A DNA stretch of 64,000 nucleotides from Octopus bimaculoides (lineage: Eukaryota): NCBI RefSeq assembly GCF_001194135.2, contig NC_068982.1, positions 75,983,214 to 76,047,213 on the forward strand, written 5' to 3'. This document shows, in pieces, positions 35,273-48,592 of this stretch; within the stretch, counting starts at the first letter, position 1, and the number at the start of each line of letters is the position of its first letter. The notes beneath the pieces are model-generated. The model saw nothing but the letters and a program-made list of their open reading frames with translations. It searched no databases and was not told the origin of the DNA. Position numbers and translations under genes: made by a program.

Positions 35273-37701
35273 CGGTGAAAGGAAAAAGAACGTGTTGAGA
35301 TTAATGGTTACACACATTTCCTAAAAATGTAAGAAAATACACAAATTATCGAGAAAATTTCTGTTAGCCGTTCTAGTTACCAACGGAGGTTTCTCACTGT
35401 ACAACGAACCGTCATTAGCGAGGAAGTACGACCTGCTAACGTGTCCCATTATATCTCTAATTATTTTAAGTGCCCATGTAGTTGTGAGCAGACATGTACA
35501 TCCTCGTGGTCTCTTCACCCTTGATCTCATGGAACATCGAGAATATAGCAAGAGCTGCACCAGTACTCAGCAGGTCTTCGTTTTCAGCTGAATGGAGTGG
35601 AGCAACGTAAAACGAAGAGCCTTGCTCAAAGACACAATGTGTTGCTCAATCCAGGAATTGAACCACAATCTTATGATCACGAGCCGAACCCTCTAACCAT
35701 TTGCTTAATACAGAAGATTTTAACCTTTAGCACATTATAGGTGATTCATGTCACCGTATGAGTTTCCTCCCCTGTAGTAACAGGGCAGTGGCAGGGGAAA
35801 TAATTCTGGAGAAACTGCAGTCTACTAAAGGTTAATAGGAAAGGGTTGGAAGTAAGATTTATGACATCTTATTCTGAATGGTGTCAGTGAGGTGAAATAC
35901 GTTTTATAGAAACCAAAACCGGCTCGAAAACTCAGTTTCATTTTCTAGAAACTGGAATTTATCTGAGATAAGGATTTCTAAGTCTGGAACAATATTGGTG
36001 CCACACACAAATATTGGCGTTGATGGTGGTGGCATATGTATGTGTGTGTACGTGTCTATATGTGTGTATATGTGGATGTGTGTGTAAATATATGTACGCG
36101 TATGTTTGTGTATGTGCTTGTATGCGTGTGTGCTTGCATGTGTGTGCGAGTGTTATTTGTGTGTGTGCAACAAATGTGTATGATCATGTATGTGTGCGCG
36201 TGTATATGTGTGTGCATGTGTGTGTACATGAGTGTATATATGTATGTATTTGTGTGTGTGTATGTGTGTGTGTGTGTGTATGTGTACGTGTGTGCGCTAG
36301 TATGTGTACGTGTGTGCGCTTGTATGTGTACGTGTGTGCGTGTGTGTGTGTCCGTATGTGCGTATGTGTGTATAGTCGGAATTACTATGTATGTTTGAAT
36401 GTATGTATGTATATTTGTATTTGTGTGTGTGTGTGTGTGTGTATACCTGTGTGTGTATGCGTGTATAGCCGGAATTACTACCGCTGTGACATCGATTAAC
36501 AACATTACCAACAAAAAGAGACAGCTCACAATCTAAATCGGTCAACTTGCAATTCAAAGATTATTTAGCTAAAAAACAAAACAAGACAAAACAAAGAAAA
36601 GGCAAGAAAATACTCGAATGGTAGTAATCACTAAACACCCACCACTACTTCCACGAACGCACCATCACCNNNNNNNNNNNNNNNNNNNNNNNNNNNNNNN
36701 NNNNNNNNNNNNNNNNNNNNNNNNNNNNNNNNNNNNNNNNNNNNNNNNNNNNNNNNNNNNNNNNNNNNNNNNNNNNNNNNNNNNNNNNNNNNNNNNNNNN
36801 NNNNNNNNNNNNNNNNNNNNNNNNNNNNNNNNNNNNNNNNNNNNNNNNNNNNNNNNNNNNNNNNNNNNNNNNNNNNNNNNNNNNNNNNNNNNNNNNNNNN
36901 NNNNNNNNNNNNNNNNNNNNNNNNNNNNNNNNNNNNNNNNNNNNNNNNNNNNNNNNNNNNNNNNNNNNNNNNNNNNNNNNNNNNNNNNNNNNNNNNNNNN
37001 NNNNNNNNNNNNNNNNNNNNNNNNNNNNNNNNNNNNNNNNNNNNNNNNNNNNNNNNNNNNNNNNNNNNNNNNNNNNNNNNNNNNNNNNNNNNNNNNNNNN
37101 NNNNNNNNNNNNNNNNNNNNNNNNNNNNNNNNNNNNNNNNNNNNNNNNNGCTGATGCTGTTATCACAGTTATTTTTGATACACTTTCTCTTGTTTTTATA
37201 ATTTTCTTTTTACTGTTATTGTTTTTAACTTGACTGTTCCTTCAGTGTATTCCTTATTTCCGGTCGTTCGCGAAATCTTCTGCTGTGTCTCTTATGATTT
37301 TTAAAAAATTTCTTCTTTTATAATAATGAATATATCTGTTTTATATCATAATCGAAATTCGTCAATTTATTATTTTGTTTTCAGCATCCATCTATTTTTC
37401 TTTTTCTATTACCCTTTCTTGCAAAAATTAAGCAAGTATGCTCTGGCAGCTCGCAGATATTGAAGTACATATGAAAACTAGAGTGTTACTCATATGGCGA
37501 CTAACCTTGGAAGTATACATTCGCTACCATGGGTAATATCAGAAAATATGGCACACTGAAAATAATTATAAATCAACATTTTTAAAAATAAAAGTTTCTT
37601 ATGCATATACAAAATCATGAAGTGAATATTGATTTTCAAAAGAAAAATATTTATTATTCTAACATAAAATCAAATAAAACAAATTTCTCATTTACAATAA
37701 A

Positions 37702-37887
37702 TACAGGGTGGGCCAAAAGTCACGTACAAAATAAGTTCAATACGCTCTGGAATTGTCAAGGACATGCTTCAATTTTTTAAAATTGAATAAAATAATGTAC
37801 TTGTACGTAATGAACAGAATGAATAATAATAATAACGTAATATAAATAGTCAAATGTTTTGGTGCGTGACTTCCGGACCACCCTGTA
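37702..37887. mobile_element. Tc1/mariner-type MITE
   Basis: TA-CAGGGTGGGCCAAAAGTCACGTAC ... GTGCGTGACTTCCGGACCACCCTG-TA: ~24-bp imperfect TIR with TA duplication. Confidence 0.85.
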
Positions 37888-38090
37888 TATGTCATTATTT
37901 CTCTAAATTTTATCAGCATAATTACAATCTACTCCATCGAAAACCTATCCCTGCAAAATTTTATGAAAATAAATGTGTATCTTTAGAAACTTATAAGACT
38001 TATAAACCTAGTCTGCTAAATCTCTCTGTATCTTTTTATTACACTTTCTTTTCCTCTCTCTATGCAATGTAAAGCGTGACTGAAGATGCC

Positions 38091-38195
38091 AACGAACGAA
38101 TGAACGAAAGAGCGAACGAACGAACGAACGAAAAACGAACGAACGAACGAACGAACGAACGAATGAACGAACGAACGAATGAACGAACGAACGAA
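38091..38195. repeat. (AACG)n tetranucleotide microsatellite grading into (CCAA)n
   Basis: Read directly from the sequence. Confidence 0.9.
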
Positions 38196-38518
38196 CCAAC
38201 CAACCAACTAACCAACTGACATCTATATCGGCTATTTTTATTTAGAGACGGAATGGTACTTGTCATATGATGGGTAACTTTGGCAGTATACTTTTGCTAC
38301 CATGGGTAAATAAGGTAATATGTTATTCATACAATAATTATGATTTAATTTTTATCAAATTTCTTGGTGGTTACACAAAATGATGAAATGAATATTGATA
38401 TACGAAAGAAAATATTTATAACCTGAAAATAAATTATATAAAACATATTTCTCATATCTCTCTTCTCCCATAACTACTCTGTCCTTTACATCACCTCTTC
38501 TTCCTCTGGCTCTATGAT

Positions 38519-38564
<46 letters not shown>

Positions 38565-39807
38565 GCGTTCCTTTACTCATTGCCTGACGCATAACTCGAA
38601 TGTGCACTTATCGTACACCTCTTATTTCAACGATATCTGTATCTCTCGTTTACTCTCTCTCCTCCTCTCTGTACGACTAGAGATCAACCAACAAACATTT
38701 ACATGGGCTATGATTATGCAGAGTTTTTCTTGTAGTATATTTCTGGCAAGTCAGCACAGCGGAAGTCACCCATTTCTAGTAAAAGATTTTAAATCGGACA
38801 CTGAATGACAGTAGAATGACAAACACAAAGACGCGCGCGCGCACACGCACACATTCGTACGTACGTAGGTACNNNNNNNNNNNNNNNNNNNNNNNNNNNN
38901 NNNNNNNNNNNNNNNNNNNNNNNNNNNNNNNNNNNNNNNNNNNNNNNNNNNNNNNNNNNNNNNNNNNNNNNNNNNNNNNNNNNNNNNNNNNNNNNNNNNN
39001 NNNNNNNNNNNNNNNNNNNNNNNNNNNNNNNNNNNNNNNNNNNNNNNNNNNNNNNNNNNNNNNNNNNNNNNNNNNNNNNNNNNNNNNNNNNNNNNNNNNN
39101 NNNNNNNNNNNNNNNNNNNNNNNNNNNNNNNNNNNNNNNNNNNNNNNNNNNNNNNNNNNNNNNNNNNNNNNNNNNNNNNNNNNNNNNNNNNNNNNNAACG
39201 ATGAAAAACTCCCTAGTGATCTTCGTTGACACATTTGAAACGTGGATTGGGTTATACCAGAGGACATCATGTTTCTTATATTTGTTGTTTAGCTTATTGG
39301 TTCTAGAGTGTTGTACTGGGTTGCGACGTATACGTATAGCAATATACACTGGACTGTGTGAATATGTCCATGTGAGTACGTATGAATGTATGTTGATATT
39401 TATGTCCGTAGTTTTGAATGTGCAAGTGCCATAAAGATACGCCAGCTAGACCCAGTGGAGCGCACCACTGAATGTGTAACTACTCATCAAGCAGTATCGT
39501 ATCACTGGCCATTAATGGGCACCGACTTTCTTAATACATATTTTATTCTGTGTACTAGCGTGTGTACGCGCGCCAGACCATGTATGTGTGGGCATTTGTA
39601 CATCCATATCTACTAACGGTTACATCTAATAATTTTTCCGCTGTATTGCGTATTTGTTTCTTTTTGTACTTCATCTTTGTCATTGATCTTCTGTAGGAAT
39701 AAAGCAGTATCCATTAACTTGCAGTTTCTATCTACGAAGACCAAAAAGAAAACATACAATAATAAGTTGTGCGAAAGAGAGTTTATTTTAACGAGATTCC
39801 TTTTGAA

Positions 39808-39913
39808 ATCACCTGAGGAGACACATCTACACCAAGGGATACACTCAAACCAGTTGTGTTGTATCCCACCCGTGAAGGATCGATGCTAGATGGGTCGAAT
39901 CGATTGTAGTGAT
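39808..39913 (+). ncRNA. Hammerhead-like motif with extended stem II and ~57-nt loop (A15.1 to U)
   Basis: ATCAC-CTGAGGA(39813-39819)-GACACATCTA..57nt..TAGATGGGTC-GAAT(39897-39900)-CGATTG-TA-GTGAT. Stem II pairs at 9 of 10 positions; inner hairpin GGGATAC/GTATCCC. Confidence 0.65.
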
Positions 39914-42457
39914 CAATAAAGATTCTTGTATCTTCCATCTTTCGTTTCTCTCATTAATTACATATCAAAGAACACTAAGCCAGTGAAGTGCTTTACCGGC
40001 AAACTACCAGGTGTATACCATACTATTAATTAAATATACATAGTACTTGTAACTTAGTGGTTCGGAAAAAGGGGCCGATAGAATATGTACTAGGGTTACA
40101 AAGAATAAGTCCTGGGGTCGATTTGCTCGACTAAAGGCAGTGCTCCAACATGACCGTAGTCAAATGACTGAAACAAGTAAAAAAGTAAAAGAATAAAAGA
40201 ATATATATAATAATTACACACATATATACATATATTTATCATATATATATATATGTGTGTGTATACTTGGACATACATACATACATACATACACACACAC
40301 ATATACATCTGTCTTTGCGATGAGCATCCCACGGTGGCTGTCTACTAAATTCAATGCCATTTGTCAGCCCGGGATCTAGAATAGAAAGCACTTGCTCAAG
40401 TTGCCACGTAGTGGGATAGACTGAACTCGAAACCACGGTGTTGCAAAACGAACTTCTTAACCACACAAGCATGCCAACAAATTTTAATAATTGCTATGCA
40501 GATTTCCACCCCACACTCTCCTAGTGAAAACCTCCTGATTTGGAGGCAGGTTTGAATGCTCGTTGGCGTTTGTGTGTTTTTATTTTAAAAGTGATTACTT
40601 CGTCTTGAAAAAGTTATTGATCTGTTATCTCACGTAATATTTATCAGTATTGTCTATTATTTTATTCTTGAAGAATGCACGTTCATTAACGTTTTCCGGA
40701 GGGAATCACATATCTATCATCGAATGCTTAATACAGCAGATCACTTTTTTGTTTGGTTGTTTATTCTGTCTATGTGACCATTCTATAAATTGTATTCACA
40801 TCGCTCCTCCACCTCCGCTCTTATTTTCCTGTTTTATAATCTTATCTCTATTTAACGTCCACGTCCTCGTATAATTTATGGAAATGTTTTCTTCAAGCAA
40901 TCNNNNNNNNNNNNNNNNNNNNNNNNNNNNNNNNNNNNNNNNNNNNNNNNNNNNNNNNNNNNNNNNNNNNNNNNNNNNNNNNNNNNNNNNNNNNNNNNNN
41001 NNNNNNNNNNNNNNNNNNNNNNNNNNNNNNNNNNNNNNNNNNNNNNNNNNNNNNNNNNNNNNNNNNNNNNNNNNNNNNNNNNNNNNNNNNNNNNNNNNNN
41101 NNNNNNNNNNNNNNNNNNNNNNNNNNNNNNNNNNNNNNNNNNNNNNNNNNNNNNNNNNNNNNNNNNNNNNNNNNNNNNNNNNNNNNNNNNNNNNNNNNNT
41201 ATATATATATATATATGCAAGCGGATTGTTATCTATATATATATTATTAAATAACCATCACGGCTGATCTTACCAATTGGTTTCGCTTTACAGAAAGAAA
41301 ACAGACCAATGAACACACCTATATATACTTACCCGGATAAAATTGTGCATATGACACCACTCCACATATCACACACCCCATCCCCACAGAAGCTCCACAT
41401 TAATAATACACATCCTCCCCACTTCAAGATAACTCTTACTGGCTTAACTGCACACCCAACCAAGGGACATAACTCTTAAAATCTTCCTCTGACCCCTTTT
41501 TTTCGTTTCACCACCTTCCACGACCTTCCACCAATGCCCTCAGGCTTAGCAAAAAGAGTTTGACCAAAGCACACACCAACATGAACACACACGCACACCC
41601 CTGTAAGGCGGACACTCCACAAAATAGACTGCCTCCTACTACACCTGCACACAAATTGTACCCCCACACATGCACAGATCCTCCACACACACATTACATG
41701 CACATGTATGTATGTATATATATATATATATATATATGTATANNNNNNNNNNNNNNNNNNNNNNNNNNNNNNNNNNNNNNNNNNNNNNNNNNNNNNNNNN
41801 NNNNNNNNNNNNNNNNNNNNNNNNNNNNNNNNNNNNNNNNNNNNNNNNNNNNNNNNNNNNNNNNNNNNNNNNNNNNNNNNNNNNNNNNNNNNNNNNNNNN
41901 NNNNNNNNNNNNNNNNNNNNNNNNNNNNNNNNNNNNNNNNNNNNNNNNNNNNNNNNNNNNNNNNNNNNNNNNNNNNNNNNNNNNNNNNNNNNNNNNNNNN
42001 NNNNNNNNNNNNNNNNNNNNNNNNNNNNNNNNNNNNNNNNNNNNNNNNNNNNNNNNNNNNNNNNNNNNNNNNNNNNNNNNNNNNNNNNNNNNNNNNNNNN
42101 NNNNNNNNNNNNNNNNNNNNNNNNNNNNNNNNNNNNNNNNNNNNNNNNNNNNNNNNNNNNNNNNNNNNNNNNNNNNNNNNNNNNNNNNNNNNNNNNNNNN
42201 NNNNNNNNNNNNNNNNNNNNNNNNNNNNNNNNNNNNNNNNNNNNNNNNNNNNNNNNNNNNNNNNNNNNNNNNNNNNNNNNNNNNNNNNNNNNNNNNNNNN
42301 NNNNNNNNNNNNNNNNNNNNNNNNNNNNNNNNNNNNNNNNATATGTCGGAATAAAGTATGCAGTTATAACATGCGTTTACTCCATTCCTTAAATTTATAT
42401 ATACTTTTGTTATTTACACCACCTGTCCTCGTCTGTTGTTATTATTTGTATATTCTC

Positions 42458-42502
<45 letters not shown>

Positions 42503-42530
42503 CACACACACACACACACATACATATATC

Positions 42531-42566
<36 letters not shown>

Positions 42567-42734
42567 TGTATATACGTACATACAAGCAGATATACATACG
42601 TTGTGTTCATTGTCGAAACAAAGAGTACTCGATACCACATTATATTATATAATAATATTATATGTTTGTATATACAATCGACCAAGAATCTATAAGTCAG
42701 ATAAAATAGACACTCGTATTTTATATTAATCAAA

Positions 42735-42894
42735 GTATACAGTATTATAGATTTTATTACACCCGATCTTACTAATCGGTTTCGCATCGTGTATTAGGTA
42801 GAGCACGTGTATTAAGATAACTGCCCAGTTACCTAATACCCAGAGCGAAATTGACTGATTAGATCGGCTGTACTGGTTCTATAATACTGTATAC
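42735..42894. mobile_element. Palindromic MITE (~160 bp)
   Basis: Ends gtatacagtattataga / tctataatactgtatac; arms pair imperfectly for ~68 bp (ccgatct/agatcgg, gtattaggta/tacctaatac). Confidence 0.75.
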
Positions 42895-42962
42895 TCTGAT
42901 TGATATATATATATATGTGTGTAATACGTTCTGATAGATTCGAACGTGAATATTCGATTGCT

Positions 42963-43503
42963 ATTGTTAGATTCATCGGCCCGATGAAGCAGCTTTGACT
43001 GAGGAGGTGTCGAAAGACCCGTGGTCTCTAAATCCCCTTACCTCGGTGAATTACCTACGTTACAAACATACATCGTTTAAAGAGAGTGGATGCTCTCCGA
43101 TGAGGAACAACACCAGTGATCAGATATTCAAGTCTGAATCTGCCAGAACATATTAAGAATGAATTGATACACTATTGTTTGGATTCTTGCTGCTTTGCGT
43201 ACATCCCATGAATTATTTGTTTGGCTGACAAGAATATTTGTATCAGCAAATATTCATTTGCTGATTTCTTCAAACAAGAGATGGTGTTCTTGTTAGATTC
43301 ATCAGTCCGGTGGAGACACATAATAAGGTCGAAACACTGCGATGTCTCAAAGTTCTCTTACATCAATGAATGACGTGAATTATGAACACACCTCGTCTAA
43401 AAGGAGGAATGGTTCTCCGATGACGAACAACAACAGATATTAGACATTCACGTTCAAAACTGCCAGAACTTATTAAGGATGGATACAGTATTGTTTGAAT
43501 TCT
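42963..43503 (+). repeat. Diverged direct duplication (~220-bp copies, ~325-bp period)
   Basis: Both copies start ttgttagattcatc, contain ctccgatga(g/c)gaacaac and ctgccagaac(a/t)tattaag, and end tattgtttg(g/a)attct. Confidence 0.75.
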
Positions 43504-43809
43504 CTATATAATGAATCATTATATGTATATATACGTTTTCTAGACCCTCTTCGAATTGACTGAGAAGTACCTCTATGTTCATAGAATAACATGAAACATA
43601 TAAAAATCAGATTGTTTATAACTTCTTTAATTGAACGGTAAATATAAGTTTTATATGAAGGTTGTGAAAAAAAGAAAAAAAAATGCAAGTTAAAAAGTAT
43701 TATGAGGTGGCCCATATTAAATGGATACTTTAGTATCGGTGTTTTTTTAAAAAAATTTTATCTTGTAGAGATGATAAAATAACGTATTGCATCGACAATT
43801 TATTTCCAC

Positions 43810-44200
43810 TTCTAATTATTACCTCATGGTTCGTGTGACAGAAAGTACAATCAGTTGGTTGAACTCAGCGAAAACATTGTCTTCTGTAGAGGTAGGTATT
43901 CGAGGATTTGTTGGAACCAGAGATCATTCAATGCTCAAGCGCCATAGACTAGTTGCGAAGGAGAGAAAAGAAGTTGCCAAGAAATTGTCAGAAACCGCTG
44001 AGGAAGCAAACCATGACATCTGGCTCAAGAAAGAGGACGAGTAGTGCAGCAACAACGATCTTTTAGGATGACAGAAACAGTCTGCCCAGAGTCACTGCAT
44101 CTGACTCAACAAAGCTTGTGATGTTGCGCTGAAGCTTTGTCGTCTTACGTTAGTGGATGACGCTGGGCAGCTCTAGTGTTACAGTGGAAAGGGCTGACGC
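43810..44200 (+). mobile_element. 3' end of a HERO-like (R2-group, REL endonuclease) non-LTR element
   Basis: RKYNQLVE..VEVGIRGFVG...KKLSETAEEANHDIWLKKEDE* resembles the conserved HERO-type C-terminus VEVGCRGF...LSxxAExASxWIWLKR. Confidence 0.6.
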
Positions 44201-44570
44201 ACCTAAAGAGTTGCTTCACTGCCCAATGAGACATCGATTCCTGCATGCAAATATTTGCCCTAAACGTGAAAAAAATAATGCGTAATTATTGAAACATTCT
44301 GCTATCATATTTCCGAAATCTGTTATTTCCAGTGACATCGCTTCCATCTTTTTTGTTGAAGTTTATGTCTCTGAGTAAGCTACAACATCACTGAAAACTG
44401 CAGCTGGACTAACTGACCGTGTATTTACATGATAGCTATGGTTAAAACAGGACCTACAGTTTGTAACTGCTGTCTTCATAGTCGAGATTCAAATGACTCA
44501 GTATAAGTACTTGAAAAATAAGTATCGTAGGGTGATGGCACATCTCACTTCAGTTTTGCCGTATTGACAA

Positions 44571-44573
<3 letters not shown>

Positions 44574-44652
<79 letters not shown>
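44574..44652. repeat. (AGT)n microsatellite
   Basis: Read directly from the sequence. Confidence 0.95.
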
Positions 44653-45635
44653 AAAGTAAAAGATATTAAACCAACAGAGTAAAACAGATATTTGGCAACA
44701 GATGAAACTATATTAATGAAGGAAAATGAAAGAATAGAAACAACAAATAAACATATTAAACACACACACGCATGCACACACAAACACAGACACACACAGA
44801 CACACATAAACATAGACACACAGAGACACAGATACACTGACATACAGACACACACACACACACACACACAGAGTCTTGGAGAAGTTGGAGATAGTGACGA
44901 GATGAGTAAATCTAAAAATACGGGAACCAATTCCCTTTACGTAAATTCCTTGCATATCTTCTGCTTATTTCTGTATCTCATTCAAACCAAACCTGGAAAT
45001 ATGATGGTATCTAAAGAAACGGTAATCCCAAAACAGTGGCACATTTTTTCCTGGAGAATTATAAAACAATGTCTACAAGAGTTCGAGATATTTCTGTATT
45101 TGACTTCTATATAATAAAGATGGAGGTTAAACTGCCAATTAATTTATGATGTCATCGCCACCAGCATCCACCTGATAAACAGTCGCATTGATTTCTGGTG
45201 CCGTTATTTACTCGAAGAATTTATATCGAAGAATGAAAATCACAAACTTCCATCCTTTCAGCATTGTTGACTTAATTCAGTGATAATTTTCGCACAATAG
45301 GTGCTAAAAATATTTTTATGGAGTGAAAAAACGGAGAAGAATAAATAGATAAATATATAAAGCAAAAAAAAAGATGACATACCTTTAGCGCGTATATACT
45401 CAAACACGTTCACATGCATAGGTAAACGCACATATACATATATACATACAGAGAGACATGCAAACACATATATGCACATACACGTACAGTGGGAGATGCG
45501 ACACATATATACACATGCACACACAGAGTCATACAAACACACACACATACTCACACACATACTCGCACACACATGCACACGCACACGTACGCATACTCTT
45601 ATTTATACACTAATACACATACAGCGAGACATTCA

Positions 45636-45689
<54 letters not shown>

Positions 45690-45714
45690 CACATACAGAA
45701 AAACAGGCAAACAC

Positions 45715-45756
<42 letters not shown>

Positions 45757-46213
45757 GCACAAATACATACACAAAGACATGCAAACTCACACATATACAG
45801 AGACTTGCAAGCTCACACACGCACACATATATGCATACATATACACCAAAACGCGCGCGTGTACACACACACATACACAATCATACATATATACGTACAC
45901 ACATCCATACACACACGTACATATACACAAACGCGATAATTCTTCTAAAACGACTGAAGTCAAGCGATATGTAGAGATAGAGCTCTATTGATAATAAGAC
46001 TCCACAATAAACCTGGTTGTGCTTGTAGTTTGGTTGTTGTTGTTGTTGTGGTGGTGGTGGTAATGGTAATGGTGGTGACTTAGAGGGAGGAGGAGGAGGA
46101 CGAGGATGTGATGGTTATGGCGACGGTGGCGAAGAAATGTTGTCATCAAAGGGTTGTGTTTTCAACTTTGAAAGGTAATTCAAACAGCTATTTGAAGGAA
46201 TAAAAAAGGAATC

Positions 46214-46216
46214 ATT

Positions 46217-46266
<50 letters not shown>

Positions 46267-46271
46267 TATTA

Positions 46272-46350
<79 letters not shown>
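46214..46350. repeat. Compound (CAT)n(TAT)n microsatellite
   Basis: Read directly from the sequence. Confidence 0.95.
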
Positions 46351-46398
46351 CCCCTTCATCCTTCGCCCTGCTGGCAAATAAACGAAATCATCATCATC

Positions 46399-46443
<45 letters not shown>

Positions 46444-46960
46444 AGAGTAGTAATAATAGTAATGATTGTGATGATGGTGATGATGACGGTGATGACGAGG
46501 ATGGTGATTTATTTGGTAAAGATGCATCAGCAGGAGAGTAGTAGTAGTAAATACATACATATTGTATATATATGTGTATATATATATATATATATACACA
46601 CAGTATGCATTATAATAATTGATGAAGGNNNNNNNNNNNNNNNNNNNNNNNNNNNNNNNNNNNNNNNNNNNNNNNNNNNNNNNNNNNNNNNNNNNNNNNN
46701 NNNNNNNNNNNNNNNNNNNNNNNNNNNNNNNNNNNNNNNNNNNNNNNNNNNNNNNNNNNNNNNNNNNNNNNNNNNNNNNNNNNNNNNNNNNNNNNNNNNN
46801 NNNNNNNNNNNNNNNNNNNNNNNNNNNNNNNNNNNNNNNNNNNNNNNNNNNNNNNNNNNNNNNNNNNNTGTATATATATATATATATATACACACAGTAT
46901 GCATTATAATAATTGATGAAGGAAACGGAAGATAGATATTATTTAGCATTAATCGTTATT

Positions 46961-47065
46961 CAGTGCGACGATCGTTTCGGCCCATCCTGCAACTATCCGT
47001 TATGGGTAGGATATTGTGCATCTAATTGAGTTGCATCACTGTGCAGTTTGTGTCACATCAGGTGC
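46961..47065 (-). ncRNA. Hammerhead-like motif, same family as 39808-39913 (A9 to U)
   Basis: Minus strand: GCAC-CTGATGT(47061-47055)-GACACA...GATGGGCC-GAAA(46978-46975)-CGATCG-TC-GCACTG. Stem III is the palindrome ACGATCGT, and the loop is homologous to that of the 39808 copy. Confidence 0.6.
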
Positions 47066-48029
47066 ATGCATAAAGAAGGGGATGTTCCGCTAGATATACT
47101 GAGCTCTCCTAGGCATGTTGATCTTGCTGACTACACACACACACACACACACACATATATATCTCTGTGTGTGTCTTTCATTTCTCCTTCGCCGCTATTC
47201 ACTTTCCTATGCTCAACCACATGTATATATTTTTCTTATCTCTCCTTCTTTTCTAAGCACTCAATACTCTACACATCTTTATTCTTTTCTACACATCTTT
47301 ATTCTTTTTAACACATCTTTATTCTTTCCTCTTTCCTCTAAACCTCGATACTCTCTTCACTCCTCACCTCTTTCTCTACTCCTTCATTTTCTCCTATCAC
47401 TTCCCACAACTTACCTTGTACTTCTGTATCTTTTCTCCAACGTTTTCATTATTGCTTTAAATAACTATCTACTTTCGTCGCCATTTTAATTATCAATCTT
47501 CACCACGCCCTGTTCAATGAATATTTTTCACACATATACACGCGTGCGCGAGCACGTGTGTATGCGTATAATGTATGAAACACTCCCAAGGTATCTTGTA
47601 GACATTCCGTTCATATTTTTCTATTAATATATCCAAACCCAGTCCATTTATCCAGTTTTCCTCCCTAATACAAATAGCTCTCTGCCATTAGTGCTATTGC
47701 TTCCAACCTGCTAATTAGAATATTTTTCGGTAAATCCATTCGTCTTTAATTCTTTTATTGCCTGCTGATTGTTTGTCTATCTATCTGTCTGTCGCTGAAA
47801 CAACTATATGCATTCTGTTGCCTGTATTCTTGACCTCTTAATCAATCAATCTACGTATTACATATCTGTGTAGACATACTCACACGTACGCACAATTCCA
47901 CTTGAGTAAACCTATTGAGTAAACTTATTAATAACGAACTTAATGAAACAGTTGTAAGTCAAATTTATTACAGTGAAAAAGAAACATGTAATGACCGTTA
48001 TTTATGCCTTGTCTGTCTGTCTATCTGTC

Positions 48030-48121
<92 letters not shown>

Positions 48122-48129
48122 CAAATAAA

Positions 48130-48592
48130 TAGGTAATAATTGATGGACAGGTGTCAATCCTGTACAGCCGTTTTTAACGAATATTTTAATTGATCAATGA
48201 GCATGTTATATAATTAAAAAACCGTTTTCTTCAGATGATTACATGAATCTTACAATCAAGGACATTTAAAATAATTAAAAATAACTCAAAATCCACAGCA
48301 TGAACATATTTTTCGTGTGATTTTACGACTGGTTCCTGCCTTAGAATAAGTAACCATTCTACGGCTGAAACCAGTCGTAGAATCACGCAAACAATAATGT
48401 TCGTGCTGCTGATTTTGAATTATTTAAAATTATTTTAAATGTCCTTGATTGTAAGAATCATGTATTTATCTGAAGAAAACGTTTTTTTTAAAATGATATA
48501 TCGTACTCATTGATCAATTAAAATATTCGTTAGAAACGGCTGTAAGGGATTGACAGCTGCCCATCAATTGTTATTTATTTTTAATTCACCTA
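48130..48592. mobile_element. Near-perfect ~460-bp palindromic (foldback) MITE
   Basis: Arms 48134-48334 and 48369-48573 are reverse complements (aattgatggacag/ctgcccatcaatt; caatcaaggacatttaaaataatt/aattattttaaatgtccttgattg; ttacgactggtt/aaccagtcgtag). Outer ends TAGGT...ACCTA. Confidence 0.85.

Noticed and set aside
41323-41336. ATACTTACCCGG resembling the U1 snRNA 5' end
   Set aside because: No further U1 sequence follows; equally the reverse complement of a chance splice donor.
46561-46928. Identical ~60-bp sequence on both sides of an N gap
   Set aside because: Typical overlapping-contig artefact.
47409-47510. Minus-strand AAAATGGCG start-like motif and perfect AAG|GTAAGT donor, a possible first exon
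   Set aside because: The frame from that ATG stops after 11 codons, and no downstream partner exon was found in the window; stranded RNA-seq would be needed.
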